A DNA stretch of 64,000 nucleotides, from positions 347,619 to 411,618 of IMG/VR virus record IMGVR_UViG_3300033489_000001. One strand, written 5' to 3'. Source of the DNA: a virus (lineage: Duplodnaviria > Heunggongvirae > Uroviricota > Caudoviricetes). How positions within the stretch are numbered: position 1 is the first letter of the stretch; each line of letters starts with the position of its first letter. Of the stretch, positions 1 through 10,609 are shown piece after piece. A program made the position numbers and the translations under genes. Under the pieces are notes generated by a model. The model did no database searches, had not been told where the DNA came from, and saw nothing but the letters and a program-made list of their open reading frames with translations.

Positions 1-1570
1 TGTGAGATAAACCAACTCCTGTTGGATAGCCTACAAGAAGAGTTACATATAAAGGCTCACTAGTTAAACCCCCCACCGCATGTGTGGTAATACTTAAAGA
101 AGCAATAGGAATTGCTCCCAATCCTGTAATGGAGATAATGTGAGGCAAAGCATCGGTTGTTATGCCTGGTGCAGTTGGTGCCCACCACTGAGCACTCAGA
201 ATATCTAAAAAACGAACGTCAGCAGGAGCGTAGCTATCCCAGTTGAATGCTGCATAAGGATAAACCGCTAAGGGAGAGGGATTAATTGTAACTACGGAAC
301 CTTCTATCCAACCTCCCATGGGGGCATCTACAACGACTGTAACCGCCTCTAAAACTGAACGATCTGAAAATCGTCTACGAACAGCGTCAAACTCACCAAT
401 AAAAGGCCCTGACCCCGTATCTCCTGTAATAAAACCATCCCCACCATGGGCGTTTGTGATCCCTATCTCATTATCCATGAATACGGTAGTGCCCTGATAA
501 CCCCCACCATAAGGAGAGGTATCGGTGATCTCTGTACGCAACGAATTGTCTAACAGGAAGTTTACATTTTTCTCAAGTAATTCCGGCAGTGACCACCCTG
601 AAGGCGACACTCCCATGCGGAGATCCACAATATCCCCTGCTGCAAAGATGTCATAAAATAGTCCATCAGGGCGATCTGACGGACCTGGAGAAGCTACGCC
701 TCCATTATGATTTTGACGTCGATCAAAAGCCGTAGTATTGCGCCTAAACACGGCCAAAAGAGGCACTGCATACATATAACCATCAACTGTTCCGAGGGCA
801 TGGGCTGGATTTCCGTCCCCCGCAATCCACAAGCCGGGGTCACCGTTGCTGGATTGATTTACATAGGGAAATGTTGTTGCAATGCCATTAGGAGCTGCGG
901 CACTAACAGGAACGGAATTAGCAACTACCGTGGGATCATCTAGTCCGTAAGGAAAGGTAAAAAGATTGACACCTGGGATTACCCGAAGCCGGTATTGAAT
1001 TTGGACGCGCCTGGTTGTTTCTGAACCAACGAAGGTGTCTAAGAGATCATCGGCGTAGTTTAGAGCGACATCATTAGCGGGATCAGTAGCAACGTTACCT
1101 TCTTGCCAAATCCTAACTAAGACGCTCTTTCCTACTATGCTAGGAGAAGCGGAAATAAGCTGACGCCAAACTTCTAGCACCACAAGGTCAGTGCGCTGCG
1201 CTCCCGCTCCAGCCGGGCCTGCCCCAAGATCCAACTTATTAGATCCGGTGGCGTTGGTATGCTGAACTTTGATCAGCCAACCGTTGACATGAGCCTTGAT
1301 GGCGTTCGGAATTTCTAACGTGTTAGCAACGGCGGAAGAAGAGAAAATGGCTGAGGTCGCATCCGAAGTAGTTAGGAAGTCATCAGAAAGCCAGCCGGAG
1401 GGGATAGATGATCGAAGAGCAAGTTGCCCATAACCATCTGAAAGATCCTGCGAGAGTACGAGTTCCCGGTCAAGAATTGGCTTACCCGAGATGAAAACGC
1501 AACTTTCAAAAGCTCTTCCATCAGGAACATCATACCCACTAACTCCTGGACCTAAATACTTGATCGTCAT
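1..1570 (-). CDS. Tail fibre/baseplate-associated virion protein, N-terminal part (runs off the left edge)
   Basis: Absent from the ORF track because it has no stop in the window. ATG at 1570 gives MTIKYLGPGVSGYDVPDGRAFESCVFISGKPILDRELVLSQDL...RTDLVVLEVWRQL...RVQIQYRLRV. The same frame still reads protein-like at the edge (EPLYVTLLVGYPTGVGLSH). The N-terminus resembles DUF6519/DUF4815-type fibre-attachment proteins (from memory). Confidence 0.72.
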   Translation of the reverse strand, partial: MTIKYLGPGVSGYDVPDGRAFESCVFISGKPILDRELVLSQDLSDGYGQLALRSSIPSGWLSDDFLTTSDATSAIFSSSAVANTLEIPNAIKAHVNGWLIKVQHTNATGSNKLDLGAGPAGAGAQRTDLVVLEVWRQLISASPSIVGKSVLVRIWQEGNVATDPANDVALNYADDLLDTFVGSETTRRVQIQYRLRVIPGVNLFTFPYGLDDPTVVANSVPVSAAAPNGIATTFPYVNQSSNGDPGLWIAGDGNPAHALGTVDGYMYAVPLLAVFRRNTTAFDRRQNHNGGVASPGPSDRPDGLFYDIFAAGDIVDLRMGVSPSGWSLPELLEKNVNFLLDNSLRTEITDTSPYGGGYQGTTVFMDNEIGITNAHGGDGFITGDTGSGPFIGEFDAVRRRFSDRSVLEAVTVVVDAPMGGWIEGSVVTINPSPLAVYPYAAFNWDSYAPADVRFLDILSAQWWAPTAPGITTDALPHIISITGLGAIPIASLSITTHAVGGLTSEPLYVTLLVGYPTGVGLSH

Positions 1571-1633
1571 CTTAAGCAGCCTCTTTCATTAGAGAATTAT
1601 AAGGAGGGATTCCTCTGGCACTACGCTATGCTC

Positions 1634-2284
1634 TCAAAATGTAAGACGCCAGGTTATTGCAAGTGTTGATGTAGCAGGCTTGGATATTAAATTAAACGTC
1701 AAATAATTTATGAGACAATCGAAATTAACTAGATTGACCGATGGGTCATAAGAACCATTTGGGGGCAGAACGGGATTTCTAACGGACATGTTAGTTGAAC
1801 AATTTCCGCCGATTAACCCCATTTCTTTTAGTGGGCCAACTGCTTCGCTTTCGGCATAAGTCGTGGTGAAGTCTGCCACGTTCGTCGGGATAGCTGTAGG
1901 CATCCCATCGCCATCAATGAATTGAGTGCTTGTAAAAGTCTTACGCGCAAGTTCTGAATAAAGCGACCTTTGCGTCACAGTTGGAGCGGGGGGAGTAATT
2001 CCCCATCCTGAATCTCCAGTACCAATTGCCAAGGCATAGATCCCGTGAGGAGGTTCTTGAGAATCTTTCATAAGACGACACAGAAGAATTGAGGCGTCCA
2101 TTACAACCAAATTTTTAAGTTCCCTGTGTTCTTGAATTTCCCCTGATACTCCATCTTTCATAGTAATGAAAACATCCCCTCGGATATGATGCTTACTAAA
2201 ATCCTCAACTTGAAAGCTCCTAACCGCAAATGCGGGAGCTTTTTCAGCAACTTTTTTGAATGACTCAGAACTCTTCATTCTCAT
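1634..2284 (-). CDS. Tail-collar/fibre-attachment-like baseplate protein
   Basis: ALAIGTGD...APTVTQRSLYSELARK...EAVGPLKEMGLIGG...LAITWRLTF pattern typical of phage tail-collar fibre proteins; lies upstream of the fibre gene. Confidence 0.6.
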   Translation of the reverse strand: MRMKSSESFKKVAEKAPAFAVRSFQVEDFSKHHIRGDVFITMKDGVSGEIQEHRELKNLVVMDASILLCRLMKDSQEPPHGIYALAIGTGDSGWGITPPAPTVTQRSLYSELARKTFTSTQFIDGDGMPTAIPTNVADFTTTYAESEAVGPLKEMGLIGGNCSTNMSVRNPVLPPNGSYDPSVNLVNFDCLINYLTFNLISKPATSTLAITWRLTF

Positions 2285-2348
2285 CTCCTCTGTCGCTCTA
2301 CACCATGGCTTTCCCCTCTAGCAACTACATAAGAAAAACCGTAGCGGT

Positions 2349-3581
2349 TTAGACGGTCGCTTCCGCACTCAGGCTAGAATCCCCACGCATACCAAACTGA
2401 AGGACGGTGATGACTGTAGAAGGCCCCGGCGGAATAGGAGCTAGGTTGTTAGCCGTAATGAAATACCGAGGAGGTGTTCCCGCATTATCAAAAATTTTCC
2501 AAGCCACGTTATTCAAGAGCGAGACGTAATCCGGATCCCAAGGTTCCGCCATCGCAATTACGCAAGAATCTTCCACAGGCTTAGGAACTGCATCACTTAG
2601 ATAATTATGAAGCTCCAGGGTAGCTTCCATGAGCCGTGGGAATTTGGCCCATAAAACCGCCGTAGAGTTTGTAGTTGTGACGTTAGGAGTTGGAACAATC
2701 CCTGCCCCATGCGTGAATAATACTGGAGGATCTATAGCCGCCGGGAAATGATATTCATCGTAAGCCTTGGTACAAACTCCCACCTCGTCTACGTCAATGA
2801 TCGAATTGGCTGCTGCTGTCACTAATGCGGGGGAGAAAAATACAAGACCCCCATGTATGCCATACAAACCGTTCTGAACTTCTCCCGAGAAGCGTTCTAA
2901 TGGAATAGCTACTCGTAAAAGGTTTTCAATCCATTGAAAAACGAAAGTATCAGGGAATAAAGATTTTCCACTGACTGTGAGGATGCCACTTAGCGTTGTA
3001 AGCTTGTAATGACGCTCATCTCTCAAGTCAGCCCCAAGAGTTAGAACTACGGAACGAACCGGGCTTTGTTCCACCTCAACCGACAGGATAGAAACAGGAG
3101 TATTACTCAAATCGGTCAGGGCATAATGCACAGGGTCCGTGAGCGCCGCATTTTGGAGCATGTTTTCTGAGAAAACCGCACGGACTCTGGTCTTTCTCGT
3201 AGCAACTGCAAAAAAAGTCGGTGAAAGAGGAGTGCCTGTAAAGGTTACAGAATCTAATGTGGGGGCTAAAGGTTGACCCGAAAGTCCCCGAGCATCATCA
3301 ATTGTCAGTGTGTAAACAATTTCAGCTTGTGGATCAGTGACTAGAAGTACGGTTTGAGCACTCTCAACTACAACGGAATGGACAACTAAGGTTGGAAAGA
3401 TTGAGTAGTTCCCAACCGAGGCTAACGCTGGAAATGTTGTATCAAATAAATCCGTGTATCTTACACGAAGAAGGGTAGCACTAAGAGAAGTGGCTGATCC
3501 TAGACCATAAGGTGAATAAGCACCTCCATAAGGCCCACTCCCGTATTCCCCGCTACCGTATGGTCCAAATAAATCAGTCAT
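2349..3581 (-). CDS. Virion protein with tandem Ig-like domains
   Basis: Two beta-rich repeats (LRVRYTD...NYSI...VLLVT...YTLTI; VRAVFSE...HYAL...VVLTL...YKLT) and an N-terminal YG-rich repeat (PYGSGEYGSGPYGG); baseplate context. Confidence 0.55.
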   Translation of the reverse strand: MTDLFGPYGSGEYGSGPYGGAYSPYGLGSATSLSATLLRVRYTDLFDTTFPALASVGNYSIFPTLVVHSVVVESAQTVLLVTDPQAEIVYTLTIDDARGLSGQPLAPTLDSVTFTGTPLSPTFFAVATRKTRVRAVFSENMLQNAALTDPVHYALTDLSNTPVSILSVEVEQSPVRSVVLTLGADLRDERHYKLTTLSGILTVSGKSLFPDTFVFQWIENLLRVAIPLERFSGEVQNGLYGIHGGLVFFSPALVTAAANSIIDVDEVGVCTKAYDEYHFPAAIDPPVLFTHGAGIVPTPNVTTTNSTAVLWAKFPRLMEATLELHNYLSDAVPKPVEDSCVIAMAEPWDPDYVSLLNNVAWKIFDNAGTPPRYFITANNLAPIPPGPSTVITVLQFGMRGDSSLSAEATV

Positions 3582-3590
3582 TAATAATAC

Positions 3591-6500
3591 CTAAGAATCG
3601 ATGAAGATTTGAATTGCCGACAAACCAGGAACTCTAACCAACCTATAGTCATGGTAAAGATTGTCAAGAAAATCAAAAAGTACACCTCCGACCGTTTGAC
3701 CGTTATTTAAATCCACTACAAAGACATAACGTTCTCCTGATACCATTGTCACAAAAGCCAAACCTATTGTGCTTCCTGGAGATGAAAGTCCAACCCGGAT
3801 TTGGCTGTCCCCAAGACCTCCGCTCGAGTCTTGAACCACTTTAAACCTAAACCGCACCTCTGTTTCTAAACTAATAGAATCAGGCAACGGAGTATTATTA
3901 CGATATATCGTGCGGGTCCCAGTAGCATCCGTACCGTACCTTAAAATTCCCGCGAAAGCAGTGGCAAATTGATGTGAAGGATCGTCACTAACTCGTGACC
4001 ACGGAGTAGGAGCCGAAGAATCATCTTCTGGAAGAACAGACCCATCATAATTGAGACAAACCAAGTTCTGAAACGATAACGTCCCTAAATCGTAGGGTTG
4101 AGACTCATCGCTGAAAGGTGCAATCAATCCAGGGCTTCCCGTGGTGCTCTCAATAACTTTTAGACTATTGTAAAGGACATCATCAGGTACAACAATTTCA
4201 ATCTTTTGCTCTGCATCGTTCAGTACAAATCCTTGGCTGTTTAGAACATCTTCCGGCCTATTGAGCCCCGCTACTGGGACTAAAACAGGTGTGGGCCTTC
4301 TCACCTCATACGTTTGAGTACTTGGCACTAAAGGCGTTCCATCATTCAACAACGTGAAAGCTACGAGGTTTGGATCTCTAAGAAGATCCGGTTCAGTTTG
4401 AGGCGGGATCCCCTCAGATTCACTCCAAAAATCCGTATGGGTATGAGCAATGGTTGTTCGGTGATGCTCATAAGAAGCCATCACGTTACGCTGATTTAAA
4501 ACTTGATGATGGGGAACAATTCCTAACTCTGATTGTGACCGAACGGCTCCAAACCTAACGTAATCCCAAGAAGTTTGGGAGATGTTCGTAGGATCAAAAG
4601 CACCCCAAAGGATGGACGGTAAGTTACCTGCAATTGTCCTAGCAATACCACTAGAGCAAGAAGGTAAATCTATAGAATTATATCCAACCAGAATAATTGG
4701 AGTAACAAGGGTGTCAAGATAAACAGCCAGCCCACCGCTTGGATCTTTTGAAATTCGATACCGATGAGGGACAGACCAGTCGGTCTGGTATGCAATCCGA
4801 TAATCCACTTCGGAAGGCTGGAATGGAAATGGTGTTGCAACATCTACCGTAATAACCGTCGGGGTTACATTTGTAACTCTGTAAACGCCTTTATTAAGCC
4901 CAATGTCAACAATGAGCTGATCATCTACTACAACGCCACTAGCTACAAAAGTTGCCACCAAATCTGTAAGGGTGTTTCCATTGACAGCCGCTCCTCTACC
5001 CGAAGTTCTAAGAGGTAAGTGATAACCCGTTAAAGCATTCGGATCATATCCTTTCCAAAATCCCACAAATCTCCGGTAACCGTAAACTGGATCCAAGTCA
5101 TAGGTGCGATTAACTCTCCAGAAGTTGGAATAAGCCCATAAAACGGAACTTTGAGCTTGAAGACTAAGAGAAGTTGACGACCCAAAGGAAACTTGTCCTG
5201 AGGGAGTTGGTGGGGATGCCGTAAAAGAGCTGTAGGCTAAAGAACCTAAAAAAGCACCATCAACAAACAAAGAAACCAAATTGCCAGCAGTACTCTTAGT
5301 TGCTCGATATGTGTGAAACTCTCCGTCAAACCAATTAAAGAGAAATTGGACGCCCAAAACGTTTCCATCAGAATGGAACCGCACGTAACGATTCCCAGCT
5401 ACTTCCTCAAGTAAAACACCTACGGAACGAGACCCATCATAGACTTGTGACATAACGCCACAAAAATCCGCCGGGTCCGGGGTATAAGTCAAAACTTTAG
5501 TTCTAAATTCCAAGTCGTAATCGATGATAGGTCCAACAATACGATTAGGATCTGTATCCACTACAGCATCATCAAGATGATAAACCAAGCCGTCTAAAGT
5601 TGAAGTGTCCTCAATCTTTAAGTACTGCCCTACCATTGATGCAGAAGCGCCACCGGTTTTATTCCAAAGGTAAGGAGCAAATTGCTCAGGCAAGGATCGT
5701 CCACCGTAGCTAAACTTCGGAGCAGCTTTGTCTGGGAAGAAGCAAAGCTGCATAAGACGGTCCCCATCATCTATGGCGGCCAAAACAGCATTGGGGGTAA
5801 TACCATGTGTAAACGTCCGAAGAGCCACGTTCACATCTAAAATGGTATCAAAGGACGCTGCTAATAAAGGCTCAATTCGAGAGTAGCCTTTGAAGTCTCC
5901 ACTAATGAGTCCGGCCGCACTAGATGAAGGTAAATCAGTAGCACTGGTGGAATCTAAGAGTAGAAAATCCCCACCAACAATGGTCTCGGTACCATGAAAT
6001 CCAACAGGAGTCCAAGGTTGCGAAGCTTCCTCTGGTGGCGTTGTTCCTTCGTAGGAAACAAACATTGAAGGAGCTGCTTGCAATGGATTTAGAGGTATTG
6101 CTGAGTACCGAACAAAACTCCAGGTAGAAGTATTCTCCGCTGCACGAGATATAGACCCAAAGAAAACACCTTGCAGCTCATCAAAAGGAACATTCAACTC
6201 TTCTAAGTAGGGTATCTCCGTAGGTAATGCTCTCAAGGATTCTACAATGGAACCATCAACATAGAAGTAAATAACCCCTGAACGATCACGGAAAATACGA
6301 TAACTATGCAAGAGAGCCCAATCAAGTTCTATGGGCGCTCCAGTAGAAACCCCTAAAGAATCCACGCCTCCGGTCCAAGCGGTAATGTTCGAAGGATCAT
6401 TACCTGCTCCGGCTTTCAGAAAGCCTACTTTTTTAGTGGTCCCATCAAGAAGGAAGCCCACAATCACGGCTTTCTCATCATCTGAATAACCAGATATTAC

Positions 6501-8597
6501 CCCTGTAAATACTCCTTCGGTAACTGGTGCGGCATCAAGGGTCATCCGCCAAGCAGTGGCAAAAACATGTGGAAAAGTTAGATCAACATCGCGAGACCAA
6601 AAGATGGGGTTGCCCCCCGGAAATGGTCCGGTCGTGTTATCAACCACCACGAGATCTGTACCACCAACAATTGAAGCTGACCCTGTACCGTGACGTACCC
6701 AGGGATAAGTCAAACTTGCTTCTGGTAAAACAGTGGCTTGGTAATTTACGAAGATTGAACTTACTTGCCGAGACATCGGAGGGAAGGCAATTCGATGCGT
6801 CGGGGAGTTCAAAAGAAACGTATTCGGATCATTAAGTAAAGCCGAATAAGCTCGTTCATACGCCCTATACTTTAAGTCACGTTGTAACGGCTGATCAACT
6901 TTAGCCCTTAAATCTAAGGGAACAAACGTCTCAGGTCTGATGAGCGTATTGTTATAGCGGTACTTATGCTGAGAAGCATCCGTTGGACGACCGGTATCTC
7001 TGTTCCAATTATTGAGCCGAAATTCTTTAGAGTTCAATCTACGGAAATCAACTACCGGGTTACAAATCCAACAATAATCAACGTCTACCGTATCCGTAGC
7101 TGTTGGAACAGCAGGTAATACAATTTGACCTAAGAGCCCAATGACAGCGTCAGCCGTAATGGGGGAACCATTAACCCGCACGGTCACATCAGATGGATCA
7201 TCTGCTATCTCTCCGTCTCGAGGATCGAATATTTCCCAAACGATGGCTCCGTCCGCTGCATCTGGAACCGAAAAACTAGCCACTACTCCTACATACCAAC
7301 CGGTCAAAGGAAGAACGGCGGCTGCCCTCGATGTGATTCTGAATGTCCCCGAATTAATAGTCCCCGTAAGCGTAATGTACTTCCCGATCATTGAAAGCGT
7401 TACGGTTGCCGTTGGCAGGTATAAAGTTGTCGCGTCTTCAACAGAGGCTGTACTTCCCGTTTGAAGGGTAAGGGCTGGCTTAGTAATTGGACCGTGATCT
7501 GTAAATACACTCCTAGAAGATAAAGCTGGGCTTCCACTAAACACTGCCAGATTAAACGTAGGGTCAATTGGATTGCCCGCAACGTCATGAGGAGTGCCTG
7601 TTGCATTTACTTCAAGCTGATAGGAGCCATTCTCAAAGCCCACCGTTGTAAGCAGAATCTGTGTTGGGGAAATTGTACCAACGGTTTTGACTTGTACGGG
7701 GCCTTCGGCACCTAATCCCGTGATTGCGTACTCTCCCGGATTCTGCAAAACGGAATCTATCCGCATGGCTTCCGAAAAAGTAATAACAACTTGTCCTTCA
7801 TCTAAAAGATCAGCACTTACAACTTGCGGCTTCGGGGCACTTGCAACAAAGCTCTGGGAAACGACAAAAGGATGCCCTGTGAGGTCTTGCAAACCATTTA
7901 TATTCAAAACGTAGGTCTTAATACCCGTAGGTTTGTTAATGGTAAGGGTGACCCCCTCAAGCCCTGTAGTGTGCGTCCAAGATATGTGCCCATTCTGAGG
8001 ATCCAGTAGAAACAACTGCCGATCTAATCTCAATGTACCATCTGAATAAACTACCAAGACCTTAGCAAATGGGACATAATTTCCAGTGCTCTGAAGGGAA
8101 ATGAAATCTCCAACATAAATAGGAGTCGCAGCTCCGTATGGGAAAAACAAGTTAGTAAATACACTTGGGACACGAGTTAGATCAGCTAAGAATCCTGACT
8201 CACCATTTAAGTGTGCTTCAGGGTGATTAACCAAGTTAGATATACCTATCAAACTAGAGCTACCAGTTATAGTGGCCTGCGCTTCTCTCCTACGTGCAAG
8301 AGCTGCTGAAAATGTGGAATTGGCCAACATAGCCGCTCCATTGGCATCGGTCAGATTAGCTGAAAATTCCGAAGTACCCTCCATGATTACAACAGGGGTT
8401 TCAGGATCAGAAACCACAAATCCAACACCAGACTGAATCGTAGTGTAATTTAGGGCCACATCTTGCACTACCACGGGGACGGCATCCGAGGGTTGTGCGA
8501 TTACATAGTTGGACGGATCTGCGGCTTCTTGAAAGCCGAGAATGCTTCCGAAAGTCACCTCGAGTGAGGTTCCGTCACTGTGGATAAGCATTGCCAT
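3591..8597 (-). CDS. Large virion structural protein (Ig-like plus repeated lectin/LamG-like modules)
   Basis: 1668 aa, T/S/V/G-rich. Ig-like segment VVITFSEAM...YQLEVN; repeated 'DW...H.YR...V.lyVDG' modules (DWALLHSYRIF, NWFDGEFHTYR, DWSVPHRYRI, DNLYHDYRL). Confidence 0.6.
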   Translation of the reverse strand: MAMLIHSDGTSLEVTFGSILGFQEAADPSNYVIAQPSDAVPVVVQDVALNYTTIQSGVGFVVSDPETPVVIMEGTSEFSANLTDANGAAMLANSTFSAALARRREAQATITGSSSLIGISNLVNHPEAHLNGESGFLADLTRVPSVFTNLFFPYGAATPIYVGDFISLQSTGNYVPFAKVLVVYSDGTLRLDRQLFLLDPQNGHISWTHTTGLEGVTLTINKPTGIKTYVLNINGLQDLTGHPFVVSQSFVASAPKPQVVSADLLDEGQVVITFSEAMRIDSVLQNPGEYAITGLGAEGPVQVKTVGTISPTQILLTTVGFENGSYQLEVNATGTPHDVAGNPIDPTFNLAVFSGSPALSSRSVFTDHGPITKPALTLQTGSTASVEDATTLYLPTATVTLSMIGKYITLTGTINSGTFRITSRAAAVLPLTGWYVGVVASFSVPDAADGAIVWEIFDPRDGEIADDPSDVTVRVNGSPITADAVIGLLGQIVLPAVPTATDTVDVDYCWICNPVVDFRRLNSKEFRLNNWNRDTGRPTDASQHKYRYNNTLIRPETFVPLDLRAKVDQPLQRDLKYRAYERAYSALLNDPNTFLLNSPTHRIAFPPMSRQVSSIFVNYQATVLPEASLTYPWVRHGTGSASIVGGTDLVVVDNTTGPFPGGNPIFWSRDVDLTFPHVFATAWRMTLDAAPVTEGVFTGVISGYSDDEKAVIVGFLLDGTTKKVGFLKAGAGNDPSNITAWTGGVDSLGVSTGAPIELDWALLHSYRIFRDRSGVIYFYVDGSIVESLRALPTEIPYLEELNVPFDELQGVFFGSISRAAENTSTWSFVRYSAIPLNPLQAAPSMFVSYEGTTPPEEASQPWTPVGFHGTETIVGGDFLLLDSTSATDLPSSSAAGLISGDFKGYSRIEPLLAASFDTILDVNVALRTFTHGITPNAVLAAIDDGDRLMQLCFFPDKAAPKFSYGGRSLPEQFAPYLWNKTGGASASMVGQYLKIEDTSTLDGLVYHLDDAVVDTDPNRIVGPIIDYDLEFRTKVLTYTPDPADFCGVMSQVYDGSRSVGVLLEEVAGNRYVRFHSDGNVLGVQFLFNWFDGEFHTYRATKSTAGNLVSLFVDGAFLGSLAYSSFTASPPTPSGQVSFGSSTSLSLQAQSSVLWAYSNFWRVNRTYDLDPVYGYRRFVGFWKGYDPNALTGYHLPLRTSGRGAAVNGNTLTDLVATFVASGVVVDDQLIVDIGLNKGVYRVTNVTPTVITVDVATPFPFQPSEVDYRIAYQTDWSVPHRYRISKDPSGGLAVYLDTLVTPIILVGYNSIDLPSCSSGIARTIAGNLPSILWGAFDPTNISQTSWDYVRFGAVRSQSELGIVPHHQVLNQRNVMASYEHHRTTIAHTHTDFWSESEGIPPQTEPDLLRDPNLVAFTLLNDGTPLVPSTQTYEVRRPTPVLVPVAGLNRPEDVLNSQGFVLNDAEQKIEIVVPDDVLYNSLKVIESTTGSPGLIAPFSDESQPYDLGTLSFQNLVCLNYDGSVLPEDDSSAPTPWSRVSDDPSHQFATAFAGILRYGTDATGTRTIYRNNTPLPDSISLETEVRFRFKVVQDSSGGLGDSQIRVGLSSPGSTIGLAFVTMVSGERYVFVVDLNNGQTVGGVLFDFLDNLYHDYRLVRVPGLSAIQIFIDS

Positions 8598-9804
8598 AAG
8601 TAAATCGAACCATTACACGCTGAGCTAAAGATTCTTCCTTGAGATCGCTTGAAGCCAACACTGACCGGAACGATTCAACCTGGTCTCTACTCATATCCTT
8701 TCCCATAATGTAATGTTCAAATGCTTCTGCAAAAGCTTCTTCAGCGTTACTCTTTCCATAACCACTCACTGGAGACACGGGTTTTTCAACCCCATCTTCC
8801 ATAGGACCTGAGCCTTTGCTTTCAGAAAGATTTGTCCTAATAAGAGAATTGAATCTAGCGCGTTGTTCCGAATGCATGAATCTAAACCATTTTCGATGAC
8901 CCAGTTCATGCACCACTGCACCTGACAACCATTCAGTTGGAGGAGCTGTCATCTCCATGACATCAGATCCACTATGATATGCTCCGGCCCGGCTTTGAAG
9001 ATCCTTGTACCCTAACTTTCGATAAGCTTCTTTAGCATTTTCATCCAAAACATGAAAATTTCGGGACACAAACAGCACTCCGTACCACAGTTTTTCAAAC
9101 CCCTTTTGATGTATAAGTTGATGGGCTTTATCTAGCCATTTAATATATTCTTTTGAACCTTTGGGATCCACTACAACAACCTTCATATGCCCAAGATTAA
9201 ACTCTTTAAATGCAGGTTCTTCATGTTCTTCCCGCGTCGGGGAATAGCCTAAATTAGCTTCTTCTGCTTTAATCGCTTCTTCTAAACGTTTGGCGTCTAT
9301 TCGCAACAAATCCAGAATTTTATCCAAAAGCTCAGTCAAATTAGCTTCCCGCTGCGTACGGTAAGGACTCTCAGGCACACCTCTCGCCTTAACATAAGTT
9401 GTAAGAAGTTCAGCAAACTTGGTCTTATACAGACCAAACATCTTCTCTCCATCAGCCTTAGTAAATGTCCCCCGGCTATATACTTCCGGTTCAGTATCCA
9501 CCTGCATCCAATGTTCAGCACCTCGACGCTTATCGTTTAAAGCATCTCTCAACTCTTTGAATGCTGCTTGAACCTTCTGACCCTCCGGCATACCTTCTAA
9601 AGAAGTCAGTGGCCCCCTACGAACGAAATAAACTTGCTGTTCTAAATTGTCTACAAATTCTAACAAACGATAAAAAGCCTTAAATACATCGGACCAGTTA
9701 TTAATAGTGGGATGCAGTAAGGACAGCCAGCCTCTTCGGACTCCCATAAGCCAAGACTTTGTAAGAAGTTCAGCCCTCTTATATGTGTAAGGTTCAAAAA
9801 TCAT
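8575..9804 (-). CDS. Zincin-like metallopeptidase
   Basis: HELGH (HExxH) followed by SGYGKSNAEEAFAEAF, which supplies a third-ligand Glu. The likely start is ATG 9804, downstream of GGGGAG (track start 9822 is GTG). Confidence 0.75.
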   Translation of the reverse strand: MIFEPYTYKRAELLTKSWLMGVRRGWLSLLHPTINNWSDVFKAFYRLLEFVDNLEQQVYFVRRGPLTSLEGMPEGQKVQAAFKELRDALNDKRRGAEHWMQVDTEPEVYSRGTFTKADGEKMFGLYKTKFAELLTTYVKARGVPESPYRTQREANLTELLDKILDLLRIDAKRLEEAIKAEEANLGYSPTREEHEEPAFKEFNLGHMKVVVVDPKGSKEYIKWLDKAHQLIHQKGFEKLWYGVLFVSRNFHVLDENAKEAYRKLGYKDLQSRAGAYHSGSDVMEMTAPPTEWLSGAVVHELGHRKWFRFMHSEQRARFNSLIRTNLSESKGSGPMEDGVEKPVSPVSGYGKSNAEEAFAEAFEHYIMGKDMSRDQVESFRSVLASSDLKEESLAQRVMVRFTYGNAYPQ

Positions 9805-10609
9805 TGGAATGATTCTCCCCACTCACATATCGGTTGACTTTTTTACCTAACCGATCTCTATCTCGTATGCCCTGCCAATAAGAGCGAAAATCATCATAGT
9901 AATAGATTCCCATATGCCAACGCATAGCATCCAAGATTCTGCCAATTGTGTCATTAGGTAAATAATGATCGGTAAAAATGTAACGGACATTAAAGAGCGT
10001 ATGAGCGGGGCGAACGAGGTCTAAAACTTGTCTGATTGCGGAATCAGCGTTGAAAACATCTACCGGGAAACCACCCCCAGAAGGGGCTAAGTAATCAATT
10101 TGAAAGACAAACTCATCCGAGATGTCTAAGCCACTTGCCCCTCGACGAACCAAGAGAAAATCTTCTGTAACCTGAATATTCCCTGACATGAACAGGTTTA
10201 TTACATCCCGCATAGAAGCAGGAGTAGAACCTTGAAAATAGATGGCGATTAGGTTCAGGAAGAAATTCCGAAACTCTTCATCATTCCACCCCAAATCAGG
10301 TAATTTGCTATTGACTAAAACTAAATAACCAACTATGGAATAAAGAAAATCAGATCTTGTAGTTGAAAACTGGCGGTCACGATCAATGTCTTCTAGTGCC
10401 AACTCAATTCGAGCAAGTTCTACCGATACCGCCTTAAGCGCTTGGCTATAATTACTGCCTTGTACAGCACTCGTATAATTTGACGGCAAAAGATTGAGGA
10501 GCGTCGAGAATATGGTTTGCGCCCGTTGTATAAGCCTTAACTGATACTCTTTCCCCGTTTGGGAAGTTGTGGAATTTAACCTAGTAGGATCGAAAACAAA
10601 GCGTGCCAT
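9794..10609 (-). CDS. Baseplate wedge protein (P2 gpI/Mu gp48-like)
   Basis: LLNLLPSNY, YFQGSTPASMRDVI and IRQVLDLVRPAHTLFNVRY motifs; directly follows the gpJ-like gene. Confidence 0.65.
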   Translation of the reverse strand: MARFVFDPTRLNSTTSQTGKEYQLRLIQRAQTIFSTLLNLLPSNYTSAVQGSNYSQALKAVSVELARIELALEDIDRDRQFSTTRSDFLYSIVGYLVLVNSKLPDLGWNDEEFRNFFLNLIAIYFQGSTPASMRDVINLFMSGNIQVTEDFLLVRRGASGLDISDEFVFQIDYLAPSGGGFPVDVFNADSAIRQVLDLVRPAHTLFNVRYIFTDHYLPNDTIGRILDAMRWHMGIYYYDDFRSYWQGIRDRDRLGKKVNRYVSGENHSNDF

